DNA from: an uncultured Rhodobacterales bacterium
Lineage (GTDB): Bacteria; Pseudomonadota; Alphaproteobacteria; Rhodobacterales; Rhodobacteraceae
Assembly (NCBI GenBank): GCA_964453855.1
Contig: CAYVRN010000003.1
Location: 7,604 to 71,603 of the forward strand
Direction: 5' to 3'
Length of the DNA stretch: 64,000 bases
The translations under genes and the position numbers were made by a program. A model generated the notes under the pieces. That model was given only the letters and a program-made list of their open reading frames with translations. It searched no databases and was not told the origin of the DNA. Within the stretch, counting starts at the first letter, position 1; the number at the start of each line of letters is the position of its first letter. Positions 27,256 through 37,855 of this stretch are shown here, piece after piece.

Positions 27256-27816
27256 ATGAGATCTTCGAAATCCCGTTCTCGGTCGAAATCCAACCGAAAT
27301 AACAATCGCTCGGTCGGTAATGTCATTAATCGCGTTTTCGATAGCTCAGGTCCTGAGGGCAAAGTGCGTGGCACCCCTCAGCAGATCATTGAAAAATACA
27401 ATCAGCTCGCCCGTGATGCTCAGTTGGGCAACGATCGTGTGGCGACTGAAAACTTCCAACAGCACGCTGAACATTACCTGAGACTTCTGAGCGAAGCTCA
27501 GAAAGAAATGGAAGCCCGCCGCGAGCAGCAAGAAAAAGAAAACCGGGAACGTCAGGCTGAGCGCGATCGCGAACGTGGGCAACGCCAAGACAGGGAGCAA
27601 GTCGAGGCCACAGAGCATCCGCAAGTGGCGTATATTGACCCAGCCGAACAGGATCAGCCCGAGATCATTTCCGACGAGACATCTGAAAACAGCGGTTTGG
27701 TCGAGACGCCTGAAGAGGCACCCAAACCGAAGCGCGCTCGCAAACCTGCAAAACCACGTGCTAAAAAAGTGGTGGATGCTCCGGCGGAAGCGGCCGAAAA
27801 ATCGGTAGCGGAGTAA
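27256..27816 (+). CDS. DUF4167-family protein (basic, low-complexity termini, charged coiled middle)
   Basis: 186 aa. SGPEGKVRGTPQQIIEKYNQLARDAQLGNDRVATENFQQHAEHY matches the conserved DUF4167 core as I recall it. N-terminus is Ser/Arg-rich and the C-terminus is Lys/Pro-rich. Confidence 0.6.
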   Translation: MRSSKSRSRSKSNRNNNRSVGNVINRVFDSSGPEGKVRGTPQQIIEKYNQLARDAQLGNDRVATENFQQHAEHYLRLLSEAQKEMEARREQQEKENRERQAERDRERGQRQDREQVEATEHPQVAYIDPAEQDQPEIISDETSENSGLVETPEEAPKPKRARKPAKPRAKKVVDAPAEAAEKSVAE

Positions 27817-27820
27817 TAGT

Positions 27821-28663
27821 TTAGGCGCGGGCCACTTCCCGCGCCAAAGCGCAAAAACCTTCTACCGAGATTTGCTCTGCACGATCTGTTGGCTTCAGGC
27901 CTGCTGCCATAAGACGGTCTTCTATGTCTGGAGCCACTGATTTTAGAGACGCCCTCAGCATTTTCCGCCTTTGGTTAAAAGCAGCGGCCACAACCCGCGA
28001 GAGAACCTCAGCGTTCGCTTCAAAGCGGGGTTCTTTTAGAGCGGTCAAATGCACGACGGCTGAGGAAACCTTGGGCTGTGGCGAAAACGCCTCTGGTGGA
28101 AGGTTGATCACGATCTTAGCATCACTGCGCCATTGGGCTAAAACGGCAAGCCTGCCATAGGCTTTGTTACCCGGGGTCGCAACAATCCGCTCGGCGACCT
28201 CCTTTTGGAACATAAGTGTTAAGGACTGCCAGAATGGCGGCCAGACTTTTGGGGTAAGCCAACGGACCAACAGTTCGGTCCCGACGTTATAGGGCAAATT
28301 AGCTGCAACCCTGATTGGGGGGGTGAGATGGGCCAACGCGTCGATTTCAAGGGCATCTCCCAAGAGAACTTCAAGCTTGTTTGGGTAAGCCTCGGAAATC
28401 TCCTGCAGGGCAGGAATGCACCGGTCATCTTTTTCAATAGCCAAAACCCTACGCGCACCTTCCGCAAGAAGTCCGCGCGTTAAGCCACCTGGACCGGGCC
28501 CAATTTCAAGGACATCGCATATTGAAAGATCACCTGCCTGCCGCGCAATTTTTGCCGTTAAATTCAAGTCGAGCAGAAAATTTTGACCCAAAGACTTCCG
28601 CGCGGACAATTCGTATTTCGAAATGACCTCTCGTAAAGGGGGAAGGGCGTCTATTGCTGACAT
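27821..28663 (-). CDS. rsmA: 16S rRNA (adenine1518/1519-N6)-dimethyltransferase RsmA/KsgA
   Basis: 280 aa. [22 protein letters not shown] and ANLPYNV motifs. Confidence 0.9.
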   Translation of the reverse strand: MSAIDALPPLREVISKYELSARKSLGQNFLLDLNLTAKIARQAGDLSICDVLEIGPGPGGLTRGLLAEGARRVLAIEKDDRCIPALQEISEAYPNKLEVLLGDALEIDALAHLTPPIRVAANLPYNVGTELLVRWLTPKVWPPFWQSLTLMFQKEVAERIVATPGNKAYGRLAVLAQWRSDAKIVINLPPEAFSPQPKVSSAVVHLTALKEPRFEANAEVLSRVVAAAFNQRRKMLRASLKSVAPDIEDRLMAAGLKPTDRAEQISVEGFCALAREVARA

Positions 28664-29628
28664 CTTTGAGCTCCAAGTGTTGACGCCATGCGCAATGCTT
28701 CGATGAGCGATTGTGGATTAGCCTTGCCAGTTCCGGCTATGTCAAAAGCCGTTCCATGATCGGGTGACGTTCGGACGAATGGAAGACCCAGCGTCACATT
28801 TACTCCGCGATCGAAGTCGAGCGTTTTAATCGGAATTAGAGCCTGATCATGATACATACATATGGCCGCATCATACGTTGCGCGTGCACGAGCATGAAAC
28901 ATCGTATCTGCGGGCAGAGGGCCCGTTAGATGCATGCCGTCCATGGTCAGGCGTTCGATTAGAGGGCGAATAAGCGCGTCATCCTCAAGACCCATGGCGC
29001 CACCTTCACCTGCATGAGGGTTCAGTCCGGCAATCGCAACACGCGGTTTCTGGATTCCGAAATCACGGACCAGTGCTTCGCGTGTTACGCGAATGCAAGT
29101 CTCTAACAAGTCTTCGGTCAGGCGGTTAGGAACTTCACTAATAGGAATATGAATCGTCGCCGGAACAACCCGGAGCTTGTCGCTTGCAAGCATCATGACC
29201 ACATCGCAGTTTCCTCCCAAAGCGGCCAGAAATTCCGTGTGGCCGGGATATTGAAATGCAGCTCCGTCCTTCAAAGCCTTTTTGTTAATTGGATTGGTGC
29301 AAACCGAGCTTGCTTGTCCACTTTTTGCAAATTCGACGGCCATTTCGATTGACCGGATGACGCCTAATGCATGTTTGGGATTGGCACGACCCGGAGTATT
29401 AGGGCCATTAAATTGCATAGGCAAAACCGGCAGTGCTGTTTTACATATAGCGCGGGCTTGATCCGGATTTGCGATCACTTGATGTGGGACTTGCCCGGGA
29501 AGATGGGATGGATCACCAATCGAAAAGAAGGAAATCTCATCTCGCAGCTCTCTCCAAGCTTTTTCCGTGATTTCTGGTCCAACGCCCGCAGGTTCACCGC
29601 ATGTTAACGCCACTGGCGGGATCGTCAT
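28651..29628 (-). CDS. pdxA: 4-hydroxythreonine-4-phosphate dehydrogenase
   Basis: 325 aa. [36 protein letters not shown] and [14 protein letters not shown] motifs. ATGA overlap with the surA-like stop. Confidence 0.9.
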   Translation of the reverse strand: MTIPPVALTCGEPAGVGPEITEKAWRELRDEISFFSIGDPSHLPGQVPHQVIANPDQARAICKTALPVLPMQFNGPNTPGRANPKHALGVIRSIEMAVEFAKSGQASSVCTNPINKKALKDGAAFQYPGHTEFLAALGGNCDVVMMLASDKLRVVPATIHIPISEVPNRLTEDLLETCIRVTREALVRDFGIQKPRVAIAGLNPHAGEGGAMGLEDDALIRPLIERLTMDGMHLTGPLPADTMFHARARATYDAAICMYHDQALIPIKTLDFDRGVNVTLGLPFVRTSPDHGTAFDIAGTGKANPQSLIEALRMASTLGAQRCQQ

Positions 29629-30830
29629 GGATAGATGATCCTCGCAGAGGCCTTCATCGATTCAAGTAACGAATTGGCGCGTGCGTTCAGCTTTTCGTTT
29701 TGTATACGGGTTCGAACCTCATCTCTGGAAACCGACTGGTTCGCGGTAGAAGTGCGGCTACACAGCATAACCAGTGATTTCTGGGCGCTGCCATCTGCAG
29801 TTATTCTTGTCTCGATCAAGCTTTCACCGGCGTCCAATCTCGCCAACCACAAAGCGTCGCTGTTTGGAATGTCGCTTGGTGGACGTGACATAATTGAAAG
29901 CGTCGCATTGTTCAGATTTTGCGAGAGGCCGTAAAGATCGTCGCAGCGAATTGCTCGGTCAGCAATATCGACGAGCTCTGCGGTGACCCCTTCGGTGTCC
30001 GCCACGCTTAACAAAGCATATTCAACGCTGGAATATCTGGCGCTGGTCGGCGCAGATTCGTTTAGACCGCGCATTTGGAAAATTGCAATAGCGTTGGGTA
30101 GTTCCAAAGGCTCGCTTACTTGGCCGTTTTCAAGCGGCAAGAGCACGGGGCGCAATGCCGGTGGCAGATTGGAAAGTGCAATCCAATCTAGCTTACCACC
30201 ATCGGATCGGCTTCCGGCGACCGAAAACTGACGTGCTGCATCAGAGAATTCATCAAAAGAACGGATTTTCGCGATATCCGCCGCGAGCTTTCTGATTTCT
30301 TCTTCCTGACCCTCTATAAGGGGTAGAACGATTTCCGAAATCAGAATTTGAAGATTTGTGTTTTCCGAAGTTGCAGACAGAGCAGCGTCAATCTCGGACT
30401 CTGAAACGCCGACGGACCCAGCGTAGCGCTGGCGCATCAACGTTTGCCAAACGAGATTGGTCGTCAGGAAATCCCGTAATGTTTCTGTAGCAACACCTTT
30501 ACCTGCAAGCATTGAAAGTACGCCGTCCAACGACTGCCCATTTCGAGCGGCGAAATCTTCAAATGCTTTAGATATCTGTTCATCGGTTGTAACGAGCCCT
30601 GCTTCGGCTGCAGATGCAACCTTAAGGCGGTCACCAATCAATCCGTCTTGGGCCTGTTGCGCTAAGTCGCCTCGTACGCCTAGCGCATCCATCAGGCGCC
30701 GTCTTTGATCAAGTTCATATTTTGTGATGATCTGATCATTCACGATGATGACAGGATCAAACAACCCTTGCGCGGAGGCGGGCTGCGCGAGTTGAATAAT
30801 GGCAAGAAAGATGAAGCCTAGTAGTCGCAT
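29625..30830 (-). CDS. SurA-like periplasmic chaperone (SurA N-terminal domain protein)
   Basis: 401 aa. Signal peptide MRLLGFIFLAIIQLAQPASA. The position between lptD and pdxA mirrors E. coli lptD-surA-pdxA-rsmA. I could not confirm parvulin motifs by eye. Confidence 0.65.
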   Translation of the reverse strand: MRLLGFIFLAIIQLAQPASAQGLFDPVIIVNDQIITKYELDQRRRLMDALGVRGDLAQQAQDGLIGDRLKVASAAEAGLVTTDEQISKAFEDFAARNGQSLDGVLSMLAGKGVATETLRDFLTTNLVWQTLMRQRYAGSVGVSESEIDAALSATSENTNLQILISEIVLPLIEGQEEEIRKLAADIAKIRSFDEFSDAARQFSVAGSRSDGGKLDWIALSNLPPALRPVLLPLENGQVSEPLELPNAIAIFQMRGLNESAPTSARYSSVEYALLSVADTEGVTAELVDIADRAIRCDDLYGLSQNLNNATLSIMSRPPSDIPNSDALWLARLDAGESLIETRITADGSAQKSLVMLCSRTSTANQSVSRDEVRTRIQNEKLNARANSLLESMKASARIIYP

Positions 30831-30844
30831 TACGAAGATCCTTC

Positions 30845-32965
30845 CTAACTACCACATGTGCGTATGATATCAGAGCCGCTTCGTCCAGCACCGAAACCGC
30901 GCAACCCGATTCTGAAATCATAATCGGTGCTGGGATCAACTGTAGAAGAGACTGTAAACCGACGCGAGGCAGACAAGAGCATGTCGATACACTCGTTTCC
31001 GTATTCAAGCCCAACGCCTGCGCGGACAACGCGTTCTGCGGCAAGGTCGTACTGCCAGTCAAACAGCCCTGACCAGTTGCGGTTGAGGTCAATCTTGGTG
31101 GAGAGATTGATCTCGGAAAGAACCTCACTTCGACCTTCGTCCAGATCGGTGTTCAACCAAAGATGTGTAGCGGTAACGTCGATCCAATCGTTATCCCAAG
31201 TCAGTCGATTTTCAGCTTTGCTAAAGGAAAAGTTTTCATCGAATATCCCGCGAGACAACAATTGAACCCCGTTCGGCGTCAAAAGTTGACCGGCGATCAA
31301 CCAGTCTGATTTTGTCCCCATTAGACCGCTGGTGCGGCTAAGGTCAGAGTCAGCTTGCTGCCTAACTACTTGTCCACATTGCAGCGTGGTCTTTACGCCA
31401 TTGTTCTGAAGCATGCTCCACCGTGTCCCGTAGGCAAGCCGAACGCCTTCTTCGACACGGTCAGCTGCTGGAAAGCGCGAGAAATCCAAAAGGTTTGCTT
31501 CGTCGAATTCTACGCGGGTGCTTTCCTCGTTCGTTAGTTGGGTTGCGGTCTCCGACCAAGCTATCTGCGCCACGGGTTCAAGAATAAAACGTGCATTTTC
31601 AGTGGTTTTTCCAAGTGGCCAGCGCATGCTAGCATAGGCCGCAGGAGTGGCATTGATAACCCGTTGATCCACGGTATTATCTTGGGCAATCGCTGATGCA
31701 CCAATTTCAAACTGTGCGTGCAGGTCAGTAAGAAAACCGTTTTCGTATACATCACTGCGTACCCATTCGGCGTTTGCTCGCGTTCTTGAAACATCGCGCC
31801 CATTTACGTTTTCGTTCGAATAACGATAGTGTGCGTGTGCTTCAGCATTCAAGCGAAGTTCGCCGCCCCAAAAGGCATTTGGAAGACGTTTTTGGTAGGT
31901 TGTTTCGAGTAAAACAGTTGGTTGCGTCGCATTTTTTTCGGTTTCACGGAGTGTTTGAAAATGGATGAAGTCGCCGTGGATCATCAAATTTCGCTCAACG
32001 CGGGCTGCAGAGATTGCCGAGTCTAATCGGTCTTTCCCCGAATATCCGTAATCCAAAAGGTAAGAGGTGTCGGATGTGGCTTCAACATCATAAGATAAGC
32101 GATATCCTAAAGGTAAGGATGTGCTGCCATTGGCAAAAACATAGTACCGAGTGGCTCCAGGGGAAAGTGCGTCTCGGCTGAACGCCCCTTGTACAAATAG
32201 ATTACCTTCGACAAATTTTTGCCGGTGCGTGTATTCTAAGGTCGTTGTTTCGGCAGAAAGATATGGAGTGATCGTCACATCTCGATGATCTCCCAAAGTC
32301 AGGAAGTAAGGCACCTTTATTCCAATACCGAGCAATGTGTTACTGCGACCCGAGGGCACAAGAAAACCGTTGCTGCGCTTTAGAGTGGGGTCAGGCATCC
32401 GTAGTCGTGGCACAACAGCGACGGGCATATCCAGAACAAGAAATTGGGCCTCCGAGAAATATAGCTGCCGCGTTTCGGCATCATGGACCACTTCCTTCGC
32501 GCGGATTTGCCAGATCGGAGGGGAGTCATCTCCGCAAATGTTGCACGACGTTGCGGCTACTTTATAAAGCTGCGTGTATCGCCCCTCGCTTCGACTGAGC
32601 TCAACCGCAGCAAGTTGCAGTTGTTTTTCCAACACCAAACGCGCGCCGCTCATTACCCCTTCAAGCAGCTCTGGATCAAGTTCGGCAGCTTCTGCTTGAA
32701 ACTCGGTACCTGTTTGCTGATCGAAAAGAAATATGGGGCCGGTAATAACAAGCGTGTCACTGGTCTGAGAATAAACAACTTTGGTAGCCGTAAACTTCAG
32801 GTCCGTGTGAAAAGCCTCGACATTTCCGTCGGCCACAAGATTGCCGTTCGCATCAAGGTACATTTGATCGGCAATTAGAACGGCTGTCTGTGCCGAAACA
32901 CCTGAAGCCGAAAAAACCAGAAGAGTGGCTACAAGGATCGTTAGTAAATTGCGAAGGACAGTCAT
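30845..32965 (-). CDS. lptD: LPS-assembly outer-membrane protein LptD
   Basis: Trimmed to ATG 32963-32965 (MTVLRNLLTILVATLLVFSASGVSAQ signal peptide). This ATG overlaps the lptG TGA (ATGA). About 700-aa beta-rich protein upstream of surA. Confidence 0.8.
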   Translation of the reverse strand: MTVLRNLLTILVATLLVFSASGVSAQTAVLIADQMYLDANGNLVADGNVEAFHTDLKFTATKVVYSQTSDTLVITGPIFLFDQQTGTEFQAEAAELDPELLEGVMSGARLVLEKQLQLAAVELSRSEGRYTQLYKVAATSCNICGDDSPPIWQIRAKEVVHDAETRQLYFSEAQFLVLDMPVAVVPRLRMPDPTLKRSNGFLVPSGRSNTLLGIGIKVPYFLTLGDHRDVTITPYLSAETTTLEYTHRQKFVEGNLFVQGAFSRDALSPGATRYYVFANGSTSLPLGYRLSYDVEATSDTSYLLDYGYSGKDRLDSAISAARVERNLMIHGDFIHFQTLRETEKNATQPTVLLETTYQKRLPNAFWGGELRLNAEAHAHYRYSNENVNGRDVSRTRANAEWVRSDVYENGFLTDLHAQFEIGASAIAQDNTVDQRVINATPAAYASMRWPLGKTTENARFILEPVAQIAWSETATQLTNEESTRVEFDEANLLDFSRFPAADRVEEGVRLAYGTRWSMLQNNGVKTTLQCGQVVRQQADSDLSRTSGLMGTKSDWLIAGQLLTPNGVQLLSRGIFDENFSFSKAENRLTWDNDWIDVTATHLWLNTDLDEGRSEVLSEINLSTKIDLNRNWSGLFDWQYDLAAERVVRAGVGLEYGNECIDMLLSASRRFTVSSTVDPSTDYDFRIGLRGFGAGRSGSDIIRTCGS

Positions 32966-34059
32966 CCGTCCTCCATGTGTAAAATGATCCCCAAAGACAA
33001 CAGGATACCCGCAACCGGCGGGGTCCAAGCAGCCCAAAAAATTGGGATTTGCCCGTTGTCCCCCAGAATTTGCGCAAAATTTCGGATAAAATAAAGTCCG
33101 AAGGCAAGCAGAACTGCAAATAAGACCATCAGGCCTGTTTGTCCGAAACGGCTATGGCGCATTGTAAAGCCGGCTCCGATCAGAACCATTGTCGCAAGAA
33201 ATAAGGGTCTTGCAAGTTCCATTTGAAACCAAACCTGATGACGGCGTGCGGAAAAGCCCGCATCTTCCAATGCTCGAATGTGCGCGGGTAGATCCCACAA
33301 GGATATCAAGCTGGGTTCTCCTAGTCGTTCGGATAGGCTTTCGCGGGTTAGCGAAGACGGAACTCTAAGCGACTGGAAGCTGGAAGCATTCAGCTCAGGA
33401 TTTACGCCCGAGACAAGCGGCCACGCTTTTGCATTCGATAATTGCCAATAGCCGTTCTCCAGACGTGCACTGGCAGCTTCCACTCGTCGGATGGGTCCTC
33501 CGCCTTGCGCGAAAGTAATAAAGGAGACGCGATAGAGCTCAGAACCGTCCGAGTTAGCCCCTTCTGCGCGAATGACGGTTTGTCCAGTGGGGCTACCTTG
33601 GCGCAACCAAAGCCCTTCCTTTGAAATCGAGAATACGTTGATCTCGCCAGTTCGATAGCTGGAAATCAGCGTTTCGTGACGATGGGTGGACGCTGCGACG
33701 ATTGGGTTCAAAATCGTTATTATTCCAACTCCAAGAATTAGCATTGCAATAAAGGGGGCCCATATTGCGCTTAGGGCCGATCGACCAACAGAACGCGTAA
33801 CCACTAGTTCCGAGCTTCGAGAGAGGTTTAGGAAAAGGGCCAACGCTGCGAGTACAGCGATAAGAGGCATGATAATATACATGCTTTTGGGAGAGGTCAG
33901 TAGCGTAAGGCCGACAGCTTCGGACAGTGAGACTGTGCCTGGCTCGAAACGTTGGGCTTCCTCAATTAGATCAATTAATCCTAAAAGGAAGAAGAATCCT
34001 AAGGTTAGCCCAGAAAAGTATAAGAGGAATTTGCGGGCAAAATAGAAATGTAACTTCAT
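32962..34059 (-). CDS. lptG: LPS export ABC permease LptG
   Basis: 365 aa. YjgP/YjgQ-family topology (3 TM, periplasmic beta-jellyroll, 3 TM). ATGA overlap with the lptF stop. Confidence 0.8.
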   Translation of the reverse strand: MKLHFYFARKFLLYFSGLTLGFFFLLGLIDLIEEAQRFEPGTVSLSEAVGLTLLTSPKSMYIIMPLIAVLAALALFLNLSRSSELVVTRSVGRSALSAIWAPFIAMLILGVGIITILNPIVAASTHRHETLISSYRTGEINVFSISKEGLWLRQGSPTGQTVIRAEGANSDGSELYRVSFITFAQGGGPIRRVEAASARLENGYWQLSNAKAWPLVSGVNPELNASSFQSLRVPSSLTRESLSERLGEPSLISLWDLPAHIRALEDAGFSARRHQVWFQMELARPLFLATMVLIGAGFTMRHSRFGQTGLMVLFAVLLAFGLYFIRNFAQILGDNGQIPIFWAAWTPPVAGILLSLGIILHMEDG

Positions 34060-35177
34060 GCTTCCCTCCGAATGCGAGAGCGGAGCCGGAAGTTATCAGC
34101 GGTTACCGTTTGTTGTACGATATAAACGATAAGCCCTGCTAATGGCGACAAATACATCATCCACCAATTTGCCGGATCAGCACGCACGGGATCAGAAGAC
34201 GCGCTTTCGATAAATTTAAGGGCGATCAACATAAACAGCCCGATCACAATATACCTTCCAGGGCCGAAACGGCTAAAACTACCTTGAAGCATTGTGCTAC
34301 AGGTGACCAATGCAATGACCCAGCAAAATAGAGCCTGTGCAAACCGCCCATGTGCTTGCTCCATGATGCGGCCAAGCGAGGCGTTGGATTTTTCGTGTGC
34401 GGTCACCGTTTTTAAAAGCAGGTCTGATGTCGACATATGTGCGATGTTGGGGCGGGACGAACCAACACTGCCGATCATGCCGCCAACGTCATAGGTAAAG
34501 TCTCTGAAATTCGTTACGGATAAACGGCCGTCGGCGCTCAGAGATTGGGCCATACCGTCAATCATCACCAGTTTTGTTCCAATTTCTTCTTTGACTAGAA
34601 AGGCCTCTGATGCGGTAAACACAGTGCTGCCTGCAGGCGTCCGATGATCCGATAGAAAGACGTCTTCAAGGATGCCCTCGGGCGTAATTTCTCGAATGTA
34701 AAAGGTGATCCCGCGCGTTGGATGCAAAAAGGTTCCATCCGTCAAAAGCTTGGCCGTTACACTTTGAGAGATTTCCTGTGTGCGAATTTGCAGCAGCTCC
34801 ATCGACCTAGGAACCAGAAAATGGGTCAGCGCGGACATGATCAGGGCCACAATAAACCCAAAGACTAAGAAAGGTCGTGCCAAGCGCCAGGGTGAGAATC
34901 CTGTGGTCTGCAATACCACCATTTCACTTTCCGTGATCAGTCTATTGCAGACGTAAGCGACCGCCGAAAACTCGGCCAATGGCAAAGCAGTTCTAATGAC
35001 GTTCGGAAGCGAAAGTATCGAAAACTCAAGAAAAACAAGAGCTGTGTGCCCGCTGCCGATCAATGTGTCGAATAGCACCACTGCACGGTTGATCCAGTAG
35101 ATCGAAACCAGCACCAACGAGAAAAACCCGAAGAGCACCAAAAGTTGTGCAAGTATATATCTATCTGATCTGCCCAA
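34056..35177 (-). CDS. lptF: LPS export ABC permease LptF
   Basis: 373 aa. Starts (TTG)GRSDRYILAQLL, typical of LptF. Divergent from pepA-holC, as in E. coli. Confidence 0.8.
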   Translation of the reverse strand: MGRSDRYILAQLLVLFGFFSLVLVSIYWINRAVVLFDTLIGSGHTALVFLEFSILSLPNVIRTALPLAEFSAVAYVCNRLITESEMVVLQTTGFSPWRLARPFLVFGFIVALIMSALTHFLVPRSMELLQIRTQEISQSVTAKLLTDGTFLHPTRGITFYIREITPEGILEDVFLSDHRTPAGSTVFTASEAFLVKEEIGTKLVMIDGMAQSLSADGRLSVTNFRDFTYDVGGMIGSVGSSRPNIAHMSTSDLLLKTVTAHEKSNASLGRIMEQAHGRFAQALFCWVIALVTCSTMLQGSFSRFGPGRYIVIGLFMLIALKFIESASSDPVRADPANWWMMYLSPLAGLIVYIVQQTVTADNFRLRSRIRREA

Positions 35178-35308
35178 AAGCCTCGTTCCGAAAAGGGCTT
35201 CGTTTCAAACAATTTAGACCAAACATTGGCTGGGGAAAACTGCTATCTGGCTAATTTGTGGTTGTCAGGCTAGGACTCGCTTAATGGCAAATATCAGGAG
35301 CGCGTATC

Positions 35309-36787
35309 ATGACCTCAGTTACCAGTATAGAATTTCGTGAAATTGACCTGGATGCGCTTGCAAAAGCAGAGGGACGTGTCGCTATTTTCGTTCCGGAAGA
35401 GGGCACGCTTAGCAGAGTAGCACGCCGCATCAATAAGCTTACACGCGGCGCCGTTCTCCGGGTTCTGGAAAGTGAGCGGTTCGCCAAGGCTAAAGATGCT
35501 GATGTGGTGACGATCTCTTATCCGCACGGCATGATCAGCGAGGCTGTGGATATTGTCAAACTGCCAAAGCGACCAGATGTAGGCACGGCCCGAAAAGCTG
35601 GCGCAGAGCTGGCCAAATTAGGTGCCGGGCTTGATAGTAACCTGATTTTGACCACAGCAGGTATCAGTAAAAATGCCGAACAGGTCATCGCAGGAATCGC
35701 CATGCGTGCATATTCTTTCACTGATCATAAGACGGCTGAAGAAAAGGCGGCAGGGTCTGTTACGGTGATGACGCAGGACCCGCAAGTACTTCAAGAAGCT
35801 TGTCAGCCCGTACTGGCGGTCGCAAACGGCGTTTTCACCACCCGAGATCTGGTTAGCGAACCTGCCAATGTTCTGACGACGACCGAGTTCGCAGGTCGAG
35901 TCGCAGCGCTCAAAAATCTTGGGCTCGAGATTGAAATCCTAAATGAGGACGAACTTGCGGAACTGGGAATGCGCGCTTTGTTGTGTGTGGGGCAGGGCAG
36001 TGTTAGCCCATCGAAAGTCGCAATCATGCATTGGAAAGGTGGCGAGCCTGAAGACGCCCCGCTCGCTTTGGTCGGGAAAGGTGTAGTCTTTGATACGGGC
36101 GGAATTAGCATCAAACCTGCGGCTGGTATGGAAGAGATGACTATGGACATGGGCGGAGCCGCTGTGGTCGCGGGTGTCATGCAAACTTTGGCAATGCGCA
36201 AAGCAAAAGCCAATGTCGTCGGCTTAATCGGACTTGTGGAAAACATGCCGTCAGGCAATGCCTATCGCCCTGGTGACGTTCTCAAGTCGATGAAGGGTGA
36301 CACGATTGAGGTTATTTCAACAGATGCCGAGGGTCGTTTGGTACTTTGTGATGTGATGTGGTACGCACAGGAGCGCTTCAAACCTATTGGCATGATTGAT
36401 TTGGCAACACTGACTGGCGCAATCATCATCGGTTTAGGACATGATTTTGCGGGAGTTTTTTCGAACAACGACGATTTTGCGGACACTTTCCTTAAAGCCG
36501 CATCTGCCGAAGGCGAGGGCGCATGGCGGATGCCGCTTGGCAAAGGCTATAACGCCCAGATTGACTCGCCGATTGCAGATATGAAAAACACAGGTGGGCG
36601 AGCCGCGGGCTCATGTACAGCGGCTGAGTTTCTTCATCGCTTCGTAAAAGAAGAAACCCCTTGGATTCACATTGATATCGCAGGCGTTGCGTCGGTTGCC
36701 AAGCCAACTTCGCTGGCTCCTAAGGGGGCAACGGGCTGGGGGGTCATGGCGCTGGATCGCATGATCCGCGATATGTTCGAAGGCTGA
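35309..36787 (+). CDS. pepA: Leucyl aminopeptidase (M17)
   Basis: 492 aa. GKGVVFDTGGISIKP and the NTDAEGRL-type motif (ISTDAEGRLVLCD), LATLTGA. Confidence 0.9.
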   Translation: MTSVTSIEFREIDLDALAKAEGRVAIFVPEEGTLSRVARRINKLTRGAVLRVLESERFAKAKDADVVTISYPHGMISEAVDIVKLPKRPDVGTARKAGAELAKLGAGLDSNLILTTAGISKNAEQVIAGIAMRAYSFTDHKTAEEKAAGSVTVMTQDPQVLQEACQPVLAVANGVFTTRDLVSEPANVLTTTEFAGRVAALKNLGLEIEILNEDELAELGMRALLCVGQGSVSPSKVAIMHWKGGEPEDAPLALVGKGVVFDTGGISIKPAAGMEEMTMDMGGAAVVAGVMQTLAMRKAKANVVGLIGLVENMPSGNAYRPGDVLKSMKGDTIEVISTDAEGRLVLCDVMWYAQERFKPIGMIDLATLTGAIIIGLGHDFAGVFSNNDDFADTFLKAASAEGEGAWRMPLGKGYNAQIDSPIADMKNTGGRAAGSCTAAEFLHRFVKEETPWIHIDIAGVASVAKPTSLAPKGATGWGVMALDRMIRDMFEG

Positions 36788-37248
36788 TGGGTGAGGCGTA
36801 TTTCTATCATCTGACAAGGCGTCCGCTTGAGGCGGCGCTTCCTATGTTGTTGTCAAAATCGCTTGAAGCAGGATGGCGCGTGTACGTCAGGGGCACCTCT
36901 GCGGAAAAATTGCGTGCCCTTGATGAAAAGCTTTGGCTTGGCGCGGACGAAGGGTTTTTACCCCATGGGTTAGAGGGGCAAGATCACGAGGCGGACCAGC
37001 CAATTCTTATCGGAGAGAGTTCGGAGGCGTCAAAAAACGGAGCGGTGTGTTTGATATGCATTGATGGTGCACCGGTAGCAAGTCGTGAGGTCAATCAGCT
37101 TGAACGCGTTTGTGTGGTTTTCGACGGCAATGATCCAAAATCCTTGCAGCACGCGAGAACTCAGTGGAAAGCGCTTGTCGATGCGGGGTGTCGTGCTCAG
37201 TATTGGTCGGAAGAAAGCGGAAACTGGCAGAAGAAAGCAGAAAGGTAG
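36787..37248 (+). CDS. holC: DNA polymerase III chi subunit
   Basis: 153 aa. The start overlaps the pepA TGA by 1 nt. FYHLTRRPLE...FLPHG resembles HolC. Conserved pepA-holC synteny. Confidence 0.75.
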   Translation: MGEAYFYHLTRRPLEAALPMLLSKSLEAGWRVYVRGTSAEKLRALDEKLWLGADEGFLPHGLEGQDHEADQPILIGESSEASKNGAVCLICIDGAPVASREVNQLERVCVVFDGNDPKSLQHARTQWKALVDAGCRAQYWSEESGNWQKKAER

Positions 37249-37251
37249 CCA

Positions 37252-37830
37252 TCAACGGCTTAGGATCATGCGGTTTTGTGATATCTCGACCCTGCTAAAC
37301 CTTTGCAGATAGCTCATGCCAAGTAACGATACCCCAAGGTTAGCTTGTGTGACGGAAACGCCAATATTTTGATCTGTGTATGGACCTAACGATACAGTTT
37401 TCACTCTGGAAAATGCGGTTTTAATAGGACCATTGGCGGTATCTGCCCGACCTAGAAACACCAGTTTTTCGGGATCAAGCCCAACCCGTTGGGCATCTTC
37501 CGAGGTCAACACCACCTGTGTGGCGCCGGTATCGACCATAAACCGAACGGACGCATCGTTGAGTGACAAAATAGCGTAAAAGTGGCCATCGGGAGCGCGA
37601 GGAAGTTCGATGCTGCCATCCGCTACGATTGTTTGATTGGGTAGGGTTGTGCGGCGAATATCTTCCCACAGGCCAACAGCTGCAATCGCTCCTAGAAAGA
37701 TTAACCCCCAAAGGGCTGCCATTTGGGTAAGGTTCCCAAGCTGATGTCGATTTCGGACAAAAAACCAGCCACCTACTGCGGCTAGAAGCAACCCAAGATA
37801 GAGCAATGAGGCGATCTGATCTGCATTCAT
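37252..37830 (-). CDS. Membrane-anchored retropepsin-like aspartic protease (TIGR02281 family)
   Basis: 192 aa. Two N-terminal TM segments, catalytic VDTGAT and LLGMSYL motifs. Confidence 0.7.
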   Translation of the reverse strand: MNADQIASLLYLGLLLAAVGGWFFVRNRHQLGNLTQMAALWGLIFLGAIAAVGLWEDIRRTTLPNQTIVADGSIELPRAPDGHFYAILSLNDASVRFMVDTGATQVVLTSEDAQRVGLDPEKLVFLGRADTANGPIKTAFSRVKTVSLGPYTDQNIGVSVTQANLGVSLLGMSYLQRFSRVEISQNRMILSR

Positions 37831-37855
37831 TCCCCATCGCCCTTCGACTGCTATT

